64,000 bases of DNA from a bacterium (GTDB lineage: Bacteria > Patescibacteriota > Microgenomatia > Daviesbacterales > UBA10151): assembly GCA_021786105.1 (NCBI GenBank), contig JAJYNW010000010.1, positions 1 to 64,000 of the forward strand, in the 5' to 3' direction. The position numbers and the translations under genes were made by a program. Of this stretch, positions 8,769-19,168 are shown one piece after another. The notes below the pieces were generated by a model. That model saw nothing but the letters and a program-made list of their open reading frames with translations, searched no databases and was not told the DNA's origin. Numbering within the stretch: the first letter of the stretch is position 1; every line of letters begins with the position of its first letter.

Positions 8769-11272
8769 AATATTTAACACTGCCCATTAGTCTAATTAAA
8801 TTTTGGTACCCGGAAAGTGTCTCCTTTTTTGTTCAAACTTGGAAAAATTTGATGCTTTATTTGGAGGAAGATCTGGCGGTAGGGCTGATGTGGAAGTTGC
8901 TTTTTACCCCGCTTTTTCATGATTCAACAATTGTAGGCCGGATTTTAAGTTTTTTCTTCCGGTTAAGCCGGATTTTGATCGGGTTATTCGCTTTCTTGTG
9001 CGCCACCATTGTCTTGTTTTTGATGGGTGGTTATTGGCTGATATTGCCTGGTCTGGCAGTGTTTGATATGCCACAGCTGCTTAGCAGGATACTATTTTTA
9101 AGCGGTCTGGGATTGTTTTTAATTAATAAAGCCTCTCGTCCTCATAAAAAGATCTGGCAGATTCACAACGCGGATGATTTGTGGAATTGCTCAACCGTGA
9201 ATCGGGGAAATGTTAGTCTTAAAAATTTGCTGCAAAGTTGGGAAGTGGGTGATTTGTTGTCTAATTTAGAAGTCCAGTTGAATGGATTCCCGACATTTGA
9301 AATTAAGGATGTAGACGGGGTGGCCAAAAAAGCTTTTGAGTTGGGCAAATTGTGCGGCAGTGAATATTTAAATGGCCGCCATTTTTTTGTAGCCAGTCTG
9401 TCAGAACTTCCTGGTCTGGATAATTTCCTGCTTAAGTTGGAGTTGACGGTGGCTGATTTCGAAAAAGCCTTGTTGTATTTGGAGAAAAAAAAGCAGACCT
9501 GGCGAATGGTGCATATTTGGGACGATGATTTTACGGTCCGTCATTTAAAAGGGGTAAACAGAGGCTGGATTGGGATACCGACACCGACTTTAGACATTGT
9601 GGCAGAAGATTTAACAAAAACAGCCGCAAGAGTAGGATTTCCTAATTTCGTTGGCGGTATCGAAGTTTTAGAACAAATTATTTCTATTCTTTCTCAGTCA
9701 GGAAACAAAAATGTCATCTTGGTCGGCCCTGCCGGTTCAGGTAAAACATCGTTGATTCGGTCTTTGGCAAAGCAGATTGTAACCGGCAATGCGCCGGAAA
9801 GTTTAGCTACCAAAAGGCTGGTTATTTTGGAGCCTACCCGGCTTCTTTCCGGTATACGGACAGAAGGTGAGTTAGCGGATCGGATTAAGACAATTTTTGA
9901 AGAGGTAGAAGCAACCGGTAATGTAATCATTGCAGTTGAGGAAATTCAAACTTTAGGAGAAGGAGAGGCCGGGAGTAGCTTGAATATCTATTCTTTGATG
10001 TTGCCGTATTTGGAATCTGACAGATTTCAATTTATTGCCACCACCGAAATTGAAAATTATAACCGGACTTTGGAAAAAAATGCGGCTTTAGCCAGATTAT
10101 TTATCAAAGTGGAAGTTCCTCCGGCCACCCCTGAGAATACCTTAAAGATTTTGGAAGATAAAGCTATCGAAACAGAGAGAGAAGATAAAATAAAGGCGAC
10201 TTTCATAGCTTTAAAGACTACCGTGGCTTTATCACAAAAGTTAATTCATGACCGGGTACTGCCTGATTCAGCAATTAGTATTTTGAATGAAGCTTATACT
10301 CGGTCTTCCAACAAATGGGTCACCAAAGAGGTGGTAAGAAAAGTTATTTCTGATCGGGTCAAAGTACCGCTGGTCGAAGTAGGCAATACTGATAAAGGGA
10401 AGCTGCTGAATTTGGAAGAGGAAATTCACCAAAGACTGATTGATCAGGAACAGGCGGTTACGGCTGTCGCTGATACTTTAAGGCGGAGTGTGACGGGTTT
10501 GCGGGAAGAATCCCGGCCCATCGGGTCATTTTTGTTTGTCGGTCCCACTGGCGTGGGTAAAACAGAACTGGCTAAGACTTTATCTGAAGTTTACTTCAAA
10601 ACCGAAGGAGCATTTATCAGGTTTGACATGTCGGAATACCAAACTCAGGAATCGGTTAACCGGCTGATTGGCGGACCGGATCAGGAGGGGCAATTAACTG
10701 AAGCGGTTAGGCAAAGGCCGTATGCTTTGTTGTTGCTGGATGAATTTGAAAAAGCTGACCCCAAGATTTTAACTTTGTTTTTGCAGGTCTTGGAAGACGG
10801 CAGGTTGACTGATGCCACCGGTCGGACAGTAGATTTTACCAACTCTATTATTATTGCTACTTCCAATGCCGGTTCTTTAACCATTGCCTCAGGTTTGCAG
10901 TCGGGGAAAACTTTGGCAGAAATTGATAAACAAGTTAATGAGGAATTGTTGCGGATGTTTAAACCGGAATTGGTTAACCGGTTTGATGAGGTAGTGTTAT
11001 TTAAGCCATTATCTCCGCAAGACTTGCAAAAGATTGTGCAAATTAAGCTTAATTCTTTGCAGAATCAAATGAAGGAAAAAGGTTATTTGGTGGCTTTTGA
11101 CCCCACACTGGTTGTCGAATTTGCCAAAAGAGGTTTTGATCCGGTTTTAGGGGCCAGGCCAATGAGAAGGTTATTGCAGGATACTTTGGAGGCCAAATTA
11201 TCTAGATTAATTTTGGAAAATAAACTGGTTAAAGGTCAACCGTTTAGAGCAGATCGAACTCTTTTGTCTTAA
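8765..11272 (+). CDS. ClpA/ClpB-family AAA+ ATPase with N-terminal transmembrane region
   Basis: Walker A GPAGSGKT and GPTGVGKT, RFDMSEY, LLLDEFEKA, DGRLTD, PELVNRFD, GARPMRR; hydrophobic segments in first ~120 aa. Confidence 0.88.
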   Translation: MKYLTLPISLIKFWYPESVSFFVQTWKNLMLYLEEDLAVGLMWKLLFTPLFHDSTIVGRILSFFFRLSRILIGLFAFLCATIVLFLMGGYWLILPGLAVFDMPQLLSRILFLSGLGLFLINKASRPHKKIWQIHNADDLWNCSTVNRGNVSLKNLLQSWEVGDLLSNLEVQLNGFPTFEIKDVDGVAKKAFELGKLCGSEYLNGRHFFVASLSELPGLDNFLLKLELTVADFEKALLYLEKKKQTWRMVHIWDDDFTVRHLKGVNRGWIGIPTPTLDIVAEDLTKTAARVGFPNFVGGIEVLEQIISILSQSGNKNVILVGPAGSGKTSLIRSLAKQIVTGNAPESLATKRLVILEPTRLLSGIRTEGELADRIKTIFEEVEATGNVIIAVEEIQTLGEGEAGSSLNIYSLMLPYLESDRFQFIATTEIENYNRTLEKNAALARLFIKVEVPPATPENTLKILEDKAIETEREDKIKATFIALKTTVALSQKLIHDRVLPDSAISILNEAYTRSSNKWVTKEVVRKVISDRVKVPLVEVGNTDKGKLLNLEEEIHQRLIDQEQAVTAVADTLRRSVTGLREESRPIGSFLFVGPTGVGKTELAKTLSEVYFKTEGAFIRFDMSEYQTQESVNRLIGGPDQEGQLTEAVRQRPYALLLLDEFEKADPKILTLFLQVLEDGRLTDATGRTVDFTNSIIIATSNAGSLTIASGLQSGKTLAEIDKQVNEELLRMFKPELVNRFDEVVLFKPLSPQDLQKIVQIKLNSLQNQMKEKGYLVAFDPTLVVEFAKRGFDPVLGARPMRRLLQDTLEAKLSRLILENKLVKGQPFRADRTLLS

Positions 11273-11276
11273 TTAT

Positions 11277-11645
11277 TTGAAAGTTTTATTACTGCTTATC
11301 TTAATAACAATTTTTTTGCCGGTTGGTGTTTTTGCAGCAACTCCAACTCTAAATGAGGTTAATCAAAAAGTTTGTGACAGGTTTGAGATGGATACGGTGA
11401 AGCTGGCGGCGATTATGGAGGAATTGAGGAGAAGGAAAGGGATTACCGAAACCAGGGTGGCTTTTGGCGGGATCAATACCCAAATTAAAAGCGCTGACTA
11501 TTGGGTGACTTATGCTGCTGAGGCGATTGCGTATCAAAGAAACCAAAAATATTTCTCAAAAAATGAACTTAAAGGCAGTCTGGAAGTGCTAAAAAATAAA
11601 ATTCTCAAGGCAAAAGGTGAAGTAAGTGAAGCTTTAAATGAGTAA
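11277..11645 (+). CDS. Secreted helical hypothetical protein
   Basis: Signal peptide ending VFA; TTG start. Confidence 0.6.
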   Translation: MKVLLLLILITIFLPVGVFAATPTLNEVNQKVCDRFEMDTVKLAAIMEELRRRKGITETRVAFGGINTQIKSADYWVTYAAEAIAYQRNQKYFSKNELKGSLEVLKNKILKAKGEVSEALNE

Positions 11646-11919
11646 AAAACTTGTTGTTATAATCGTGATAGTTTTGCTGGTAACGTCTGTCTTATTTATG
11701 ATTACCAGATCGGCTGGTGATGGAAAAGAAGCACTGATTAGCCCGGTAGTGAGGAAAGTGTTTCGTCAGCCTGTGCCTGCTTTAACTCCGGCGCCGATGC
11801 CGGTTTCGCAAACTCCTTCCTATAATCCGCCAAAAGAAATCCACTATAATGGCTCTACAGATTTAAAACAGGAATTGGAGAGCGTTAACCCGGAAGTGCT
11901 GGAAAGTGATTTTGAATAG
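11638..11919 (+). CDS. Membrane-anchored Pro-rich hypothetical protein
   Basis: N-terminal TM, P/T-rich linker. Confidence 0.6.
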   Translation: MSKKLVVIIVIVLLVTSVLFMITRSAGDGKEALISPVVRKVFRQPVPALTPAPMPVSQTPSYNPPKEIHYNGSTDLKQELESVNPEVLESDFE

Positions 11920-11982
11920 TCTATTGTTAATCAGTTGCTTGACATCTTCTGTACAATATCCGAAGTTATATAAGAGAGTATT

Positions 11983-13995
11983 ATGCAAAATTTAGTTATT
12001 GTTGAATCGCCAACTAAAGCCCGAACTCTGCAAAAGTTTTTGGGTGATAAATATCAAATTGAAGCCTCGATGGGGCATGTGCGGGATTTGCCTAAAAGTG
12101 AGTTTGGGGTGGATATTGAACATGATTTTGAGCCGCAATACATTATCCCCCGGGATAAAAAAAAGCGGGTTAATGAATTGAAAAGAGTGGCAAAAGAGGC
12201 CGACACTTTATGGCTGGCCACTGACCCTGACCGGGAAGGGGAGGCAATTGCCTGGCATTTGGCTTCAGTATTTAATAGCTCTAAGGAAACCAAAAGGGTA
12301 GTGTTTCATGAAATTACGGAAGAAGCTATTAAAGAAGCTTTTCAAAATCCCCGGACTATTGATATCAAATTAGTTGATGCGCAGCAGGCGAGAAGGATTT
12401 TGGATAGATTGGTAGGTTACAAATTATCGCCGCTGTTGTGGGCAAAAGTTAAAAAAGGATTATCAGCCGGCCGGGTTCAATCCGTGGCTTTGCGGCTGAT
12501 TGTGGAAAGGGAAAAGGAAGTTGTGGAATTTAAGCCAGTGGAATATTGGACAATTGAGGCAGAGTTAGAAAAAGAAGGGGTTGAGGAATCAAAGTTTATC
12601 GCTGCTTTGATTGAGCAAAATGGTAAAAAGCTAACTATCAAAAATAAGGAAGAAGCAGATACTCATGCCAAAAATCTGGAAAACTCAAAATATGCAGTTT
12701 CCAAAATTACCCAAAAAGAAGTCAGGCGGTTCCCCTATGCGCCTTTTACTACTTCCACTTTACAGCAAACCGCTGCCAACAGGCTTGGTATGTCCGCCAA
12801 AAAAACCATGATGCTGGCTCAAGCTTTGTATGAACGCGGGTTAATTACTTATATGAGAACTGATTCAGTGAATTTATCTGTTCAAGCTATTAGTGCAGTC
12901 AGAGATTATATTGAAAACTTTATCGGCAAGTCTTATTTGTCAAAAACTCCCCGGATTTTTAAATCCAAATCTAAAAACGCCCAGGAAGCGCATGAGGCCA
13001 TCAGGCCGACAGACGCCAAGCGTCAGGCAGCAAGTATAAATGCGGACGGATTAAACAGAGACCATATCAGGCTTTACGATTTGATTTGGAAAAGATTTGT
13101 GGCTTGCCAGATGAGTGAGGCAGTGATGGATCAAACTACGGTTGATGTGGAGGCATTTCAGTCCACCTCGGAGGAGTCAAAACCCACCTCCGAGGTGTAT
13201 TTGCTAAGGGCAACCGGAAGCGTCATTAAATTTGATGGCTGGTTAAAGCTTTATGGAAAAGAAATGGACGATGAAGAAGAAGGAGAAAAGAAACAAGCTT
13301 TGCCCAAATTGTCGGAGAACCAGCTGCTTGATTTGATTCAGCTTTTGCCCAACCAGCATTTTACTGAACCGCCGCCCCGCTATACCGAAGCTTCCTTGAT
13401 TAAGAAATTGGAAGAGCTGGGAATCGGCCGTCCTTCCACTTACGCCCCGATTTTATCCACCATTCAAGAAAGATTTTATGTGGAGAAGATTGAACGGAAG
13501 TTTGTGCCGACGCCTCTAGGTATTACGGTTACCGATTTTTTACTGGAATATTTTGCTGACATTATTGATTATTCATTTACTGCCCGGATGGAAGATGAGC
13601 TGGATGAAGTCGCCAGAGGTGAAAGGCAGTGGAAGCCAACAATTAAGGAATTTTACGGGCCGTTTGAAGAAAAGTTAGAAAAGACTGAGAAAACTGCCAA
13701 AAAGGTGAAGATGGAGGTGCAGCACACTGGTAAGCAGTGTCCGGAGTGTGGTAAGGAATTGATTGTGAGGATTGGTAAATTTGGCAAGTTTTTAGCTTGT
13801 TCCGGGTTTCCGGCCTGCAAGCATACTGAATCTTTGGAAGAAAAAATTGATGCTAAATGCCCGCAGTGTGGTGGAGAAATTGTGGTGAGGCGAACCCGGC
13901 GAGGCAAAACTTTTTACGGCTGTAAAAACTGGCCCGGCTGCAAATTTGCTTCTTGGACTAAACCCAAGTCCAATACTCCTGGGGTGCAAACCTAA
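11983..13995 (+). CDS. topA: DNA topoisomerase I (type IA)
   Basis: IVESPTKA, ATDPDREGE, SAGRVQS, ITYMRTDS, AHEAIRP, C-terminal Zn ribbons. Confidence 0.97.
   Translation: MQNLVIVESPTKARTLQKFLGDKYQIEASMGHVRDLPKSEFGVDIEHDFEPQYIIPRDKKKRVNELKRVAKEADTLWLATDPDREGEAIAWHLASVFNSSKETKRVVFHEITEEAIKEAFQNPRTIDIKLVDAQQARRILDRLVGYKLSPLLWAKVKKGLSAGRVQSVALRLIVEREKEVVEFKPVEYWTIEAELEKEGVEESKFIAALIEQNGKKLTIKNKEEADTHAKNLENSKYAVSKITQKEVRRFPYAPFTTSTLQQTAANRLGMSAKKTMMLAQALYERGLITYMRTDSVNLSVQAISAVRDYIENFIGKSYLSKTPRIFKSKSKNAQEAHEAIRPTDAKRQAASINADGLNRDHIRLYDLIWKRFVACQMSEAVMDQTTVDVEAFQSTSEESKPTSEVYLLRATGSVIKFDGWLKLYGKEMDDEEEGEKKQALPKLSENQLLDLIQLLPNQHFTEPPPRYTEASLIKKLEELGIGRPSTYAPILSTIQERFYVEKIERKFVPTPLGITVTDFLLEYFADIIDYSFTARMEDELDEVARGERQWKPTIKEFYGPFEEKLEKTEKTAKKVKMEVQHTGKQCPECGKELIVRIGKFGKFLACSGFPACKHTESLEEKIDAKCPQCGGEIVVRRTRRGKTFYGCKNWPGCKFASWTKPKSNTPGVQT
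13164..13197. repeat. 34-bp hairpin element (family B) in frame in topA
   Basis: CACCTCGGAGG-AGTCAAAACCCA-CCTCCGAGGTG, encoding (S)TSEESKPTSEV. Confidence 0.8.
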
Positions 13996-14064
13996 ATCCA
14001 CCCCTAGGGTGAAATTGTTTGATGTAAGGTTTTCAAAAAGGGAAAATGGGTCGACCGTCCTCAC

Positions 14065-14673
14065 CTATTTGATATTTAGGAATGGATCCTGATTTTGCTC
14101 CAAAGTATTATAATTCTCCCTGTTAACATGCCAGGCTATTTTGGTAATTTCCTCAAAACTATAACGAGGAAATTCGATTCCTGGTAAATCTCTGCCTAAA
14201 ATTCTTCCCATAAAATCAACCAGTCTCATGCAGCCTGCTGTGAGGGCATCAGAATTATAAAATAGGAAAAAAGCCCCAAGCCCTTGGGCAATCTCTTCTT
14301 TCGGCCAAAAACGGGGTTCCTCACCTTTATCGCGTTTTTCATAATAGGAGCCATAGTAAGGCCAATAAGTATGATGGTTAAAACCTCCCTGCATAATGAT
14401 TCTGTAAACTGCTGTGTCAGTGAGTTGTCTTGACTGCCAGCGGTATGCCTGTATTGCATCACAAAAGCGGCCACTCCAAGGTTTTTCTGCCACCGCCGCG
14501 GTCATAATAGCAAAAACAGCCAGTGGTTGATTTATCCTATCTAAATTCGGAATTAAATCCTTAATGACTGGTTTAAAGGTCTGGGGATCATCAATTCCAC
14601 CTGCATCAGGAATATCAAAACATACATAAGGCTGGAATCCGCACATAGAGGATACCTGATAAAATGTTTCCAA
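14065..14673 (-). CDS. Hypothetical protein, probably frameshifted near its N-terminus (alternative start 14810)
   Basis: 202-aa ORF with TTG start; upstream ATG frame MNLLPER...ISKRTLLK joins it by a 1-nt shift. Confidence 0.5.
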   Translation of the reverse strand: METFYQVSSMCGFQPYVCFDIPDAGGIDDPQTFKPVIKDLIPNLDRINQPLAVFAIMTAAVAEKPWSGRFCDAIQAYRWQSRQLTDTAVYRIIMQGGFNHHTYWPYYGSYYEKRDKGEEPRFWPKEEIAQGLGAFFLFYNSDALTAGCMRLVDFMGRILGRDLPGIEFPRYSFEEITKIAWHVNRENYNTLEQNQDPFLNIK

Positions 14674-14948
14674 ATCCTGGTTAACTAAATCTCGTTGCCC
14701 AAGCCAAATTGAAATGGCGGCTACCTACTTTTTAGAAGTGTTCTTTTTGAAATGGTATCCCCAGAATGGATAAGATTACTGCCTATAGATCTTTCTGGTA
14801 ATAAGTTCATAAATTTTTAGGCAGGGAAATATTGCCTGATTATACATAAATTAAGGGTATTTTACAAAATTTGTGGGGTAACTGAATTAAAGTGCCACTT
14901 GAAATGTGAGGCTGGATTTAGTATTATGATGAGGGCCTCAGAAGCATG

Positions 14949-14988
14949 TCCTGAAAGAGAAAGTCTAAATGACTTTCGAGTCGAAGGA
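14949..14988. repeat. TCCTGA...GAGTCGAAGGA hairpin element (family C) in the pyrG leader
   Basis: Same ends as 53209-53236; internal AAAGTC/GACTTT stem. Confidence 0.55.
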
Positions 14989-15027
14989 TACCTCGTATTT
15001 AGACGGAACCCCCAAAGGAATTAATAC

Positions 15028-16644
15028 ATGAAGTACATTTTTGTTAGTGGTGGTGTTATTAGTGGAATTGGCAAAGGAATTGCCACTTCTTCAATTGCCC
15101 TGCTTTTAAAATCAGCAGGTTATAAAGTGACTCCCATAAAAATGGATCCATATTTGAACGTGGATGCGGGAACTATGAACCCAATTGAGCACGGTGAGGT
15201 GTTTGTATTGGATGACGGGACGGAAACTGACCAGGATTTGGGCCATTATGAAAGATTTTTAAATGAGTCCTTAAACAAAAACAGCATTGCTACCCAAGGT
15301 TCAATTTATCTTTCCGTAATTCAAAAAGAAAGAAATTTGGAATATGACGGCGAGTGTGTGGACGTGGTAACTTATGTCACGGAAGAAATTATCAGAAGGA
15401 TTAAAGAAGCCGGCCGGGCCACTAATGCTGATGTGGTGGTAATTGAAATCGGAGGCACCACCGGTGAATATCAAAATATCCTGTTTTTGGAAGCTAATAG
15501 ATTGATGAAGCTAAAAAATCCCGCTGATGTGGCTCATGTTCACATTACCTATTTACCAATTCCTGCCTCAATCGGAGAAATGAAATCTAAGCCGGCGCAA
15601 ATGTCGGTTCGGGATCTGAATGCCATGGGAATTCAGCCGGATGTGATTTTAGCAAGGAGCGAAAAGCCTTTGGATGCTTCCAGAATTAAAAAATTATCCA
15701 TCACCACGGGCTTGGAACCAGAAGACATTATTTCTGCTCCTGATGTAGACAGCATTTATAAAGTGCCAATTGGTTTTGAGGAGCAAAATTTATCAGCCAG
15801 ACTGCTTTCCAAATTGGGGTTAGAGAAGAAGGAAAAGGATTTGAAGAAATGGAGGGCATTTGTAGAAAAAATTGATGCTGCTAAGGATGTGGTAAAGATT
15901 GCCATTGTGGGTAAATATTTTGCAACCGGCGCTTTTACTTTGGCTGATTCTTATATTTCAGTAATAGAAGCTATCAAGCATGCAGCGTGGTTGCAAGGCT
16001 TAAAGCCGGAAATCACCTGGTTGGATTCAGGGAAGGTTTTGGATAATGTGGATGTTTTAAGAGGATTTCAGGGAGTGATTGTGCCGGGCGGTTTTGGATC
16101 GCGGGATATTGAGGGAAAAATTGCCACCATTAAATATGCCAGGGAGAATAAAATTCCTTACTTCGGATTATGCTATGGAATGCAGCTAGCGGTGGTGGAA
16201 TATGCCCGGGACGTGTTGGGACTGCCTGGTGCGCATACTACGGAAGTAGACCCGGAAACCAAATATCCGGTTATCCATATTATGCCGGAGCAGGAAAAAA
16301 GGTTATTAAACCGGGAATATGGGGCTACTATGAGGTTAGGGGCTTGGGAGTGTAAATTAAAGCCTGGAACTTTGGTGCGCAGTTTGTATGGCAAAGAAGA
16401 AATCTCCGAACGTCACAGGCACCGGTTTGAGTTTAACAATGATTTTATGGATCAATTCATGAAAAAAGGGTTAACAATTTCCGGGACTTCTCCTGACGGC
16501 AGACTAGTGGAAATAATAGAACTGAAGGATCACCCGTTCTTTGTGGGCACGCAATTTCATCCGGAATTAAAATCCAGGCCACTTTCCCCGCATCCGTTAT
16601 TTGTTGGTTTCATCACAGCTGCCTCGCAAATAACCCCTAAATGA
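15028..16644 (+). CDS. pyrG: CTP synthase
   Basis: GGVISGIGKG, DPYLNVDAGTMNP, GLCYGMQ, ERHRHRFE, QFHPE. Confidence 0.98.
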   Translation: MKYIFVSGGVISGIGKGIATSSIALLLKSAGYKVTPIKMDPYLNVDAGTMNPIEHGEVFVLDDGTETDQDLGHYERFLNESLNKNSIATQGSIYLSVIQKERNLEYDGECVDVVTYVTEEIIRRIKEAGRATNADVVVIEIGGTTGEYQNILFLEANRLMKLKNPADVAHVHITYLPIPASIGEMKSKPAQMSVRDLNAMGIQPDVILARSEKPLDASRIKKLSITTGLEPEDIISAPDVDSIYKVPIGFEEQNLSARLLSKLGLEKKEKDLKKWRAFVEKIDAAKDVVKIAIVGKYFATGAFTLADSYISVIEAIKHAAWLQGLKPEITWLDSGKVLDNVDVLRGFQGVIVPGGFGSRDIEGKIATIKYARENKIPYFGLCYGMQLAVVEYARDVLGLPGAHTTEVDPETKYPVIHIMPEQEKRLLNREYGATMRLGAWECKLKPGTLVRSLYGKEEISERHRHRFEFNNDFMDQFMKKGLTISGTSPDGRLVEIIELKDHPFFVGTQFHPELKSRPLSPHPLFVGFITAASQITPK

Positions 16645-17297
16645 AAAAAGGGCAATTAATTGTTATAGATGGTATTGACGGGTCAGGGAAAACTACTCAG
16701 GTTAATTTACTGGCAGAGTATCTGGAACAGCAAAAAATCCCACACGAAGTCATTAGCTTTCCCAGGTATCAAGATAATATTTATGGCCGGCTTATTAAAA
16801 GATATCTGGAAGGGGAATTTGGCGAAATCAGCCAAGTCAATCCATATCTTATGGCTTTAGCTTATGCCGGGGATAGGGCTTTGGCAAAACCAGAGATTGA
16901 AAAATGGCTGGAGGAGGGAAAAGTAGTTTTGGCTAACCGGTATGTTTCCGCCAGTTTTGCCCACATGAGTGCTAATCTGCCGGAAGAAAAGAGACAGGAG
17001 TTTATTGATTGGTTGGAAGATTTGGAATACCGTACTAACGGCATGCCAAAAGAAGATTTAACAATTTTGTTAAAAGTTGATCCTGAAGCAGGTCAGAAAA
17101 ATGTGTTTGTTAAGAATCAGCCGGATATTCATGAAGATAACTTAAAACATCTAGAGGAAGCAAGCAAGATTTATTTATCTCTTGCAAAAAAAGAAAACAA
17201 TTGGTATGTTGTCAACTGCATGAAGGATGGACAAATGAGGTCGCCTCAAGATATCCATCAGGAATTGGTTGAAATATGGGAAAAACAAAAAGTATAA
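16641..17297 (+). CDS. tmk: Thymidylate kinase
   Basis: IDGIDGSGKTTQ, FPRY, ANRY. Confidence 0.9.
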   Translation: MKKGQLIVIDGIDGSGKTTQVNLLAEYLEQQKIPHEVISFPRYQDNIYGRLIKRYLEGEFGEISQVNPYLMALAYAGDRALAKPEIEKWLEEGKVVLANRYVSASFAHMSANLPEEKRQEFIDWLEDLEYRTNGMPKEDLTILLKVDPEAGQKNVFVKNQPDIHEDNLKHLEEASKIYLSLAKKENNWYVVNCMKDGQMRSPQDIHQELVEIWEKQKV

Positions 17298-17773
17298 AAC
17301 CCAGGATTCAATTAGGAGCAATGCTGGTGCTGGTGTTGTTGGCCATAGCCTTATTATTATCCCAGCAGGTGGGTCCGGATGCCGGCCCCCTTTTCCAGTT
17401 AAAAAGAGTACAGGAAAAAGTATTCTTAAAAACTAAGCTTTCGGCCAGTAGCCAGGTTGATTATATGAGCAACCTGCTGGAGACTCGTCTTGGAGAGTTG
17501 CAAAACGCAGTTAACAATCAAAATTATGGTTACGTTTTACCTTCGTCGCTACGATATTTTACGCTGGCCGGCCAAATTACCGACCTAATTGTGGCTAATA
17601 ATTTAACAAGTCAGACTGAGACTATTAGGAACCAATTTTTATCCCACCGGAAAATTTTAGATCAGCTATATGTAATTTATCCGAAAAATACTGATAATTG
17701 GGAATGGAAATATATCAAGGATGATTATAACTATCTCAAGCTTTATCTGGATAAATTAGAAAAAGTTAAATAA
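17276..17773 (+). CDS. Membrane-anchored DUF5667-like helical protein
   Basis: TM followed by GPLFQLKRVQEK...RLGEL pattern. Confidence 0.55.
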   Translation: MGKTKSIKPRIQLGAMLVLVLLAIALLLSQQVGPDAGPLFQLKRVQEKVFLKTKLSASSQVDYMSNLLETRLGELQNAVNNQNYGYVLPSSLRYFTLAGQITDLIVANNLTSQTETIRNQFLSHRKILDQLYVIYPKNTDNWEWKYIKDDYNYLKLYLDKLEKVK

Positions 17774-17818
17774 AACTCCACTCGCTTCTTATGGCGCATT
17801 GCGTTATAATCCTATAAT

Positions 17819-19153
17819 ATGATAGTAGCAAAATTTGGCGGGACATCAGTCAGTTCAAAAGGGAGTGTTTTGACTCTCTGTAATATAGTGGCAAATGAAT
17901 TAGGCAGACAACCGGTAGTAGTTGTCTCTGCTTTAAAAGGAGTAACTGATTTATTATTATCCCTTTCTACTTTACCGGAGAATAAAATTGAGAAAAAAAT
18001 CCGCGAGATTAGAAAGATACACAAAAACTTAATTGTAAGTTTATGGAATGATAAAAGGCTGCAAAGCGAAACGTTTTTATATATAAACAGTAAGCTTAAC
18101 GAAATACTTCAGTTAATTATGAAGGCGGAGCCAGGCAGAGAGTTTTTAGATAAACTGGTCTCTTTTGGCGAGATAATGTCTTCATACATTATTACCCGCG
18201 CACTTGAAAGCAAGGGCATGAAAGCTGAGCAAGTTATATCAACAGATTTAATCGTTACTAATAACAACTTTGGCTCAGCAGAATTTTTGGTTGAATCAAC
18301 TAAAAGAAAGACTCAAAAAATCTTAACCCCTCTTGTGAAAACGGGAGTGGTGCCGGTAGTGACCGGGTTCATTGGTGCTACCAGAAGCGGCCAAACAACA
18401 ACTTTAGGAAGAGGCGGGTCTGATTATACTGCTTCTATTGTGGGGTATTGTTTGAAGGCGGAGGAGATTCAAATTTGGACTGATGTTGACGGAGTGTTTA
18501 CAGCTGATCCCAGATTGGTAAAAAATGCCAGATCTTTGCCAATTGTTTCTTTTAAGGAAGCATCAGAACTAGCTGCTTTTGGGGCCAGGGTTTTGCATTC
18601 CCGTACCATCCGTCCAGCAATTTCAGCTGGTATTCCGGTAAGGGTGCTAAATACATTTAACCCAAAAAATCATGGTACTTTAATCGTAGAGAAAAGTCGT
18701 GCATCAGGAAAAGCGAAGGCGGTTTCGTTTAAACGAAAAATAATTCTGGTTAATATTTATTCTACAGAAATGCTTAGACAAAAAGGATTCCTGGCAAAAA
18801 TTTTCAAGGTTTTTGCCAATAACAATATTTCCATAGATTTGGTTAGCGTATCAGAGGTTAGTGTGTCCGTCAGCGTGGATGACAAAAAAAACTTGGAAAT
18901 GGCGGTGAAAGAACTGGCGGAATTTAGTCATGTTTCAGTGATTGAAGATATGGGAATGGTGTCTCTGATTGGTGAAGATATTACGTCTTCCACCAAAACA
19001 ATCAGAAGAGTTTTTGAGATTTTGGATAAGGAAAAAGTTTTGGCGCGGATGGTTTCTCTGAGCGCTGCCAATATTAATATTTCAATTGTGGTAGAGTCTG
19101 ATAAGGTGGAAAAAGCAGTCAAAGCCCTTCATGATAAATTGCTGCTAAAGTGA
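17819..19153 (+). CDS. lysC: Aspartate kinase
   Basis: KFGGTSV, TTLGRGGSDY, WTDVDGVFTADP, ACT domains. Confidence 0.96.
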   Translation: MIVAKFGGTSVSSKGSVLTLCNIVANELGRQPVVVVSALKGVTDLLLSLSTLPENKIEKKIREIRKIHKNLIVSLWNDKRLQSETFLYINSKLNEILQLIMKAEPGREFLDKLVSFGEIMSSYIITRALESKGMKAEQVISTDLIVTNNNFGSAEFLVESTKRKTQKILTPLVKTGVVPVVTGFIGATRSGQTTTLGRGGSDYTASIVGYCLKAEEIQIWTDVDGVFTADPRLVKNARSLPIVSFKEASELAAFGARVLHSRTIRPAISAGIPVRVLNTFNPKNHGTLIVEKSRASGKAKAVSFKRKIILVNIYSTEMLRQKGFLAKIFKVFANNNISIDLVSVSEVSVSVSVDDKKNLEMAVKELAEFSHVSVIEDMGMVSLIGEDITSSTKTIRRVFEILDKEKVLARMVSLSAANINISIVVESDKVEKAVKALHDKLLLK

Positions 19154-19168
19154 TACAATTACCCCCAA

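Noticed and set aside
13013-13040. Possible heptamer array in topA (ACGCCAA GCGTCAG GCAGCAA)
   Set aside because: Too degenerate to separate from chance without an ortholog alignment.
17774-17818. Lysine riboswitch before lysC (and purine riboswitch before purF)
   Set aside because: The intergenic spaces (45 and 67 nt) are too short and occupied by promoters.
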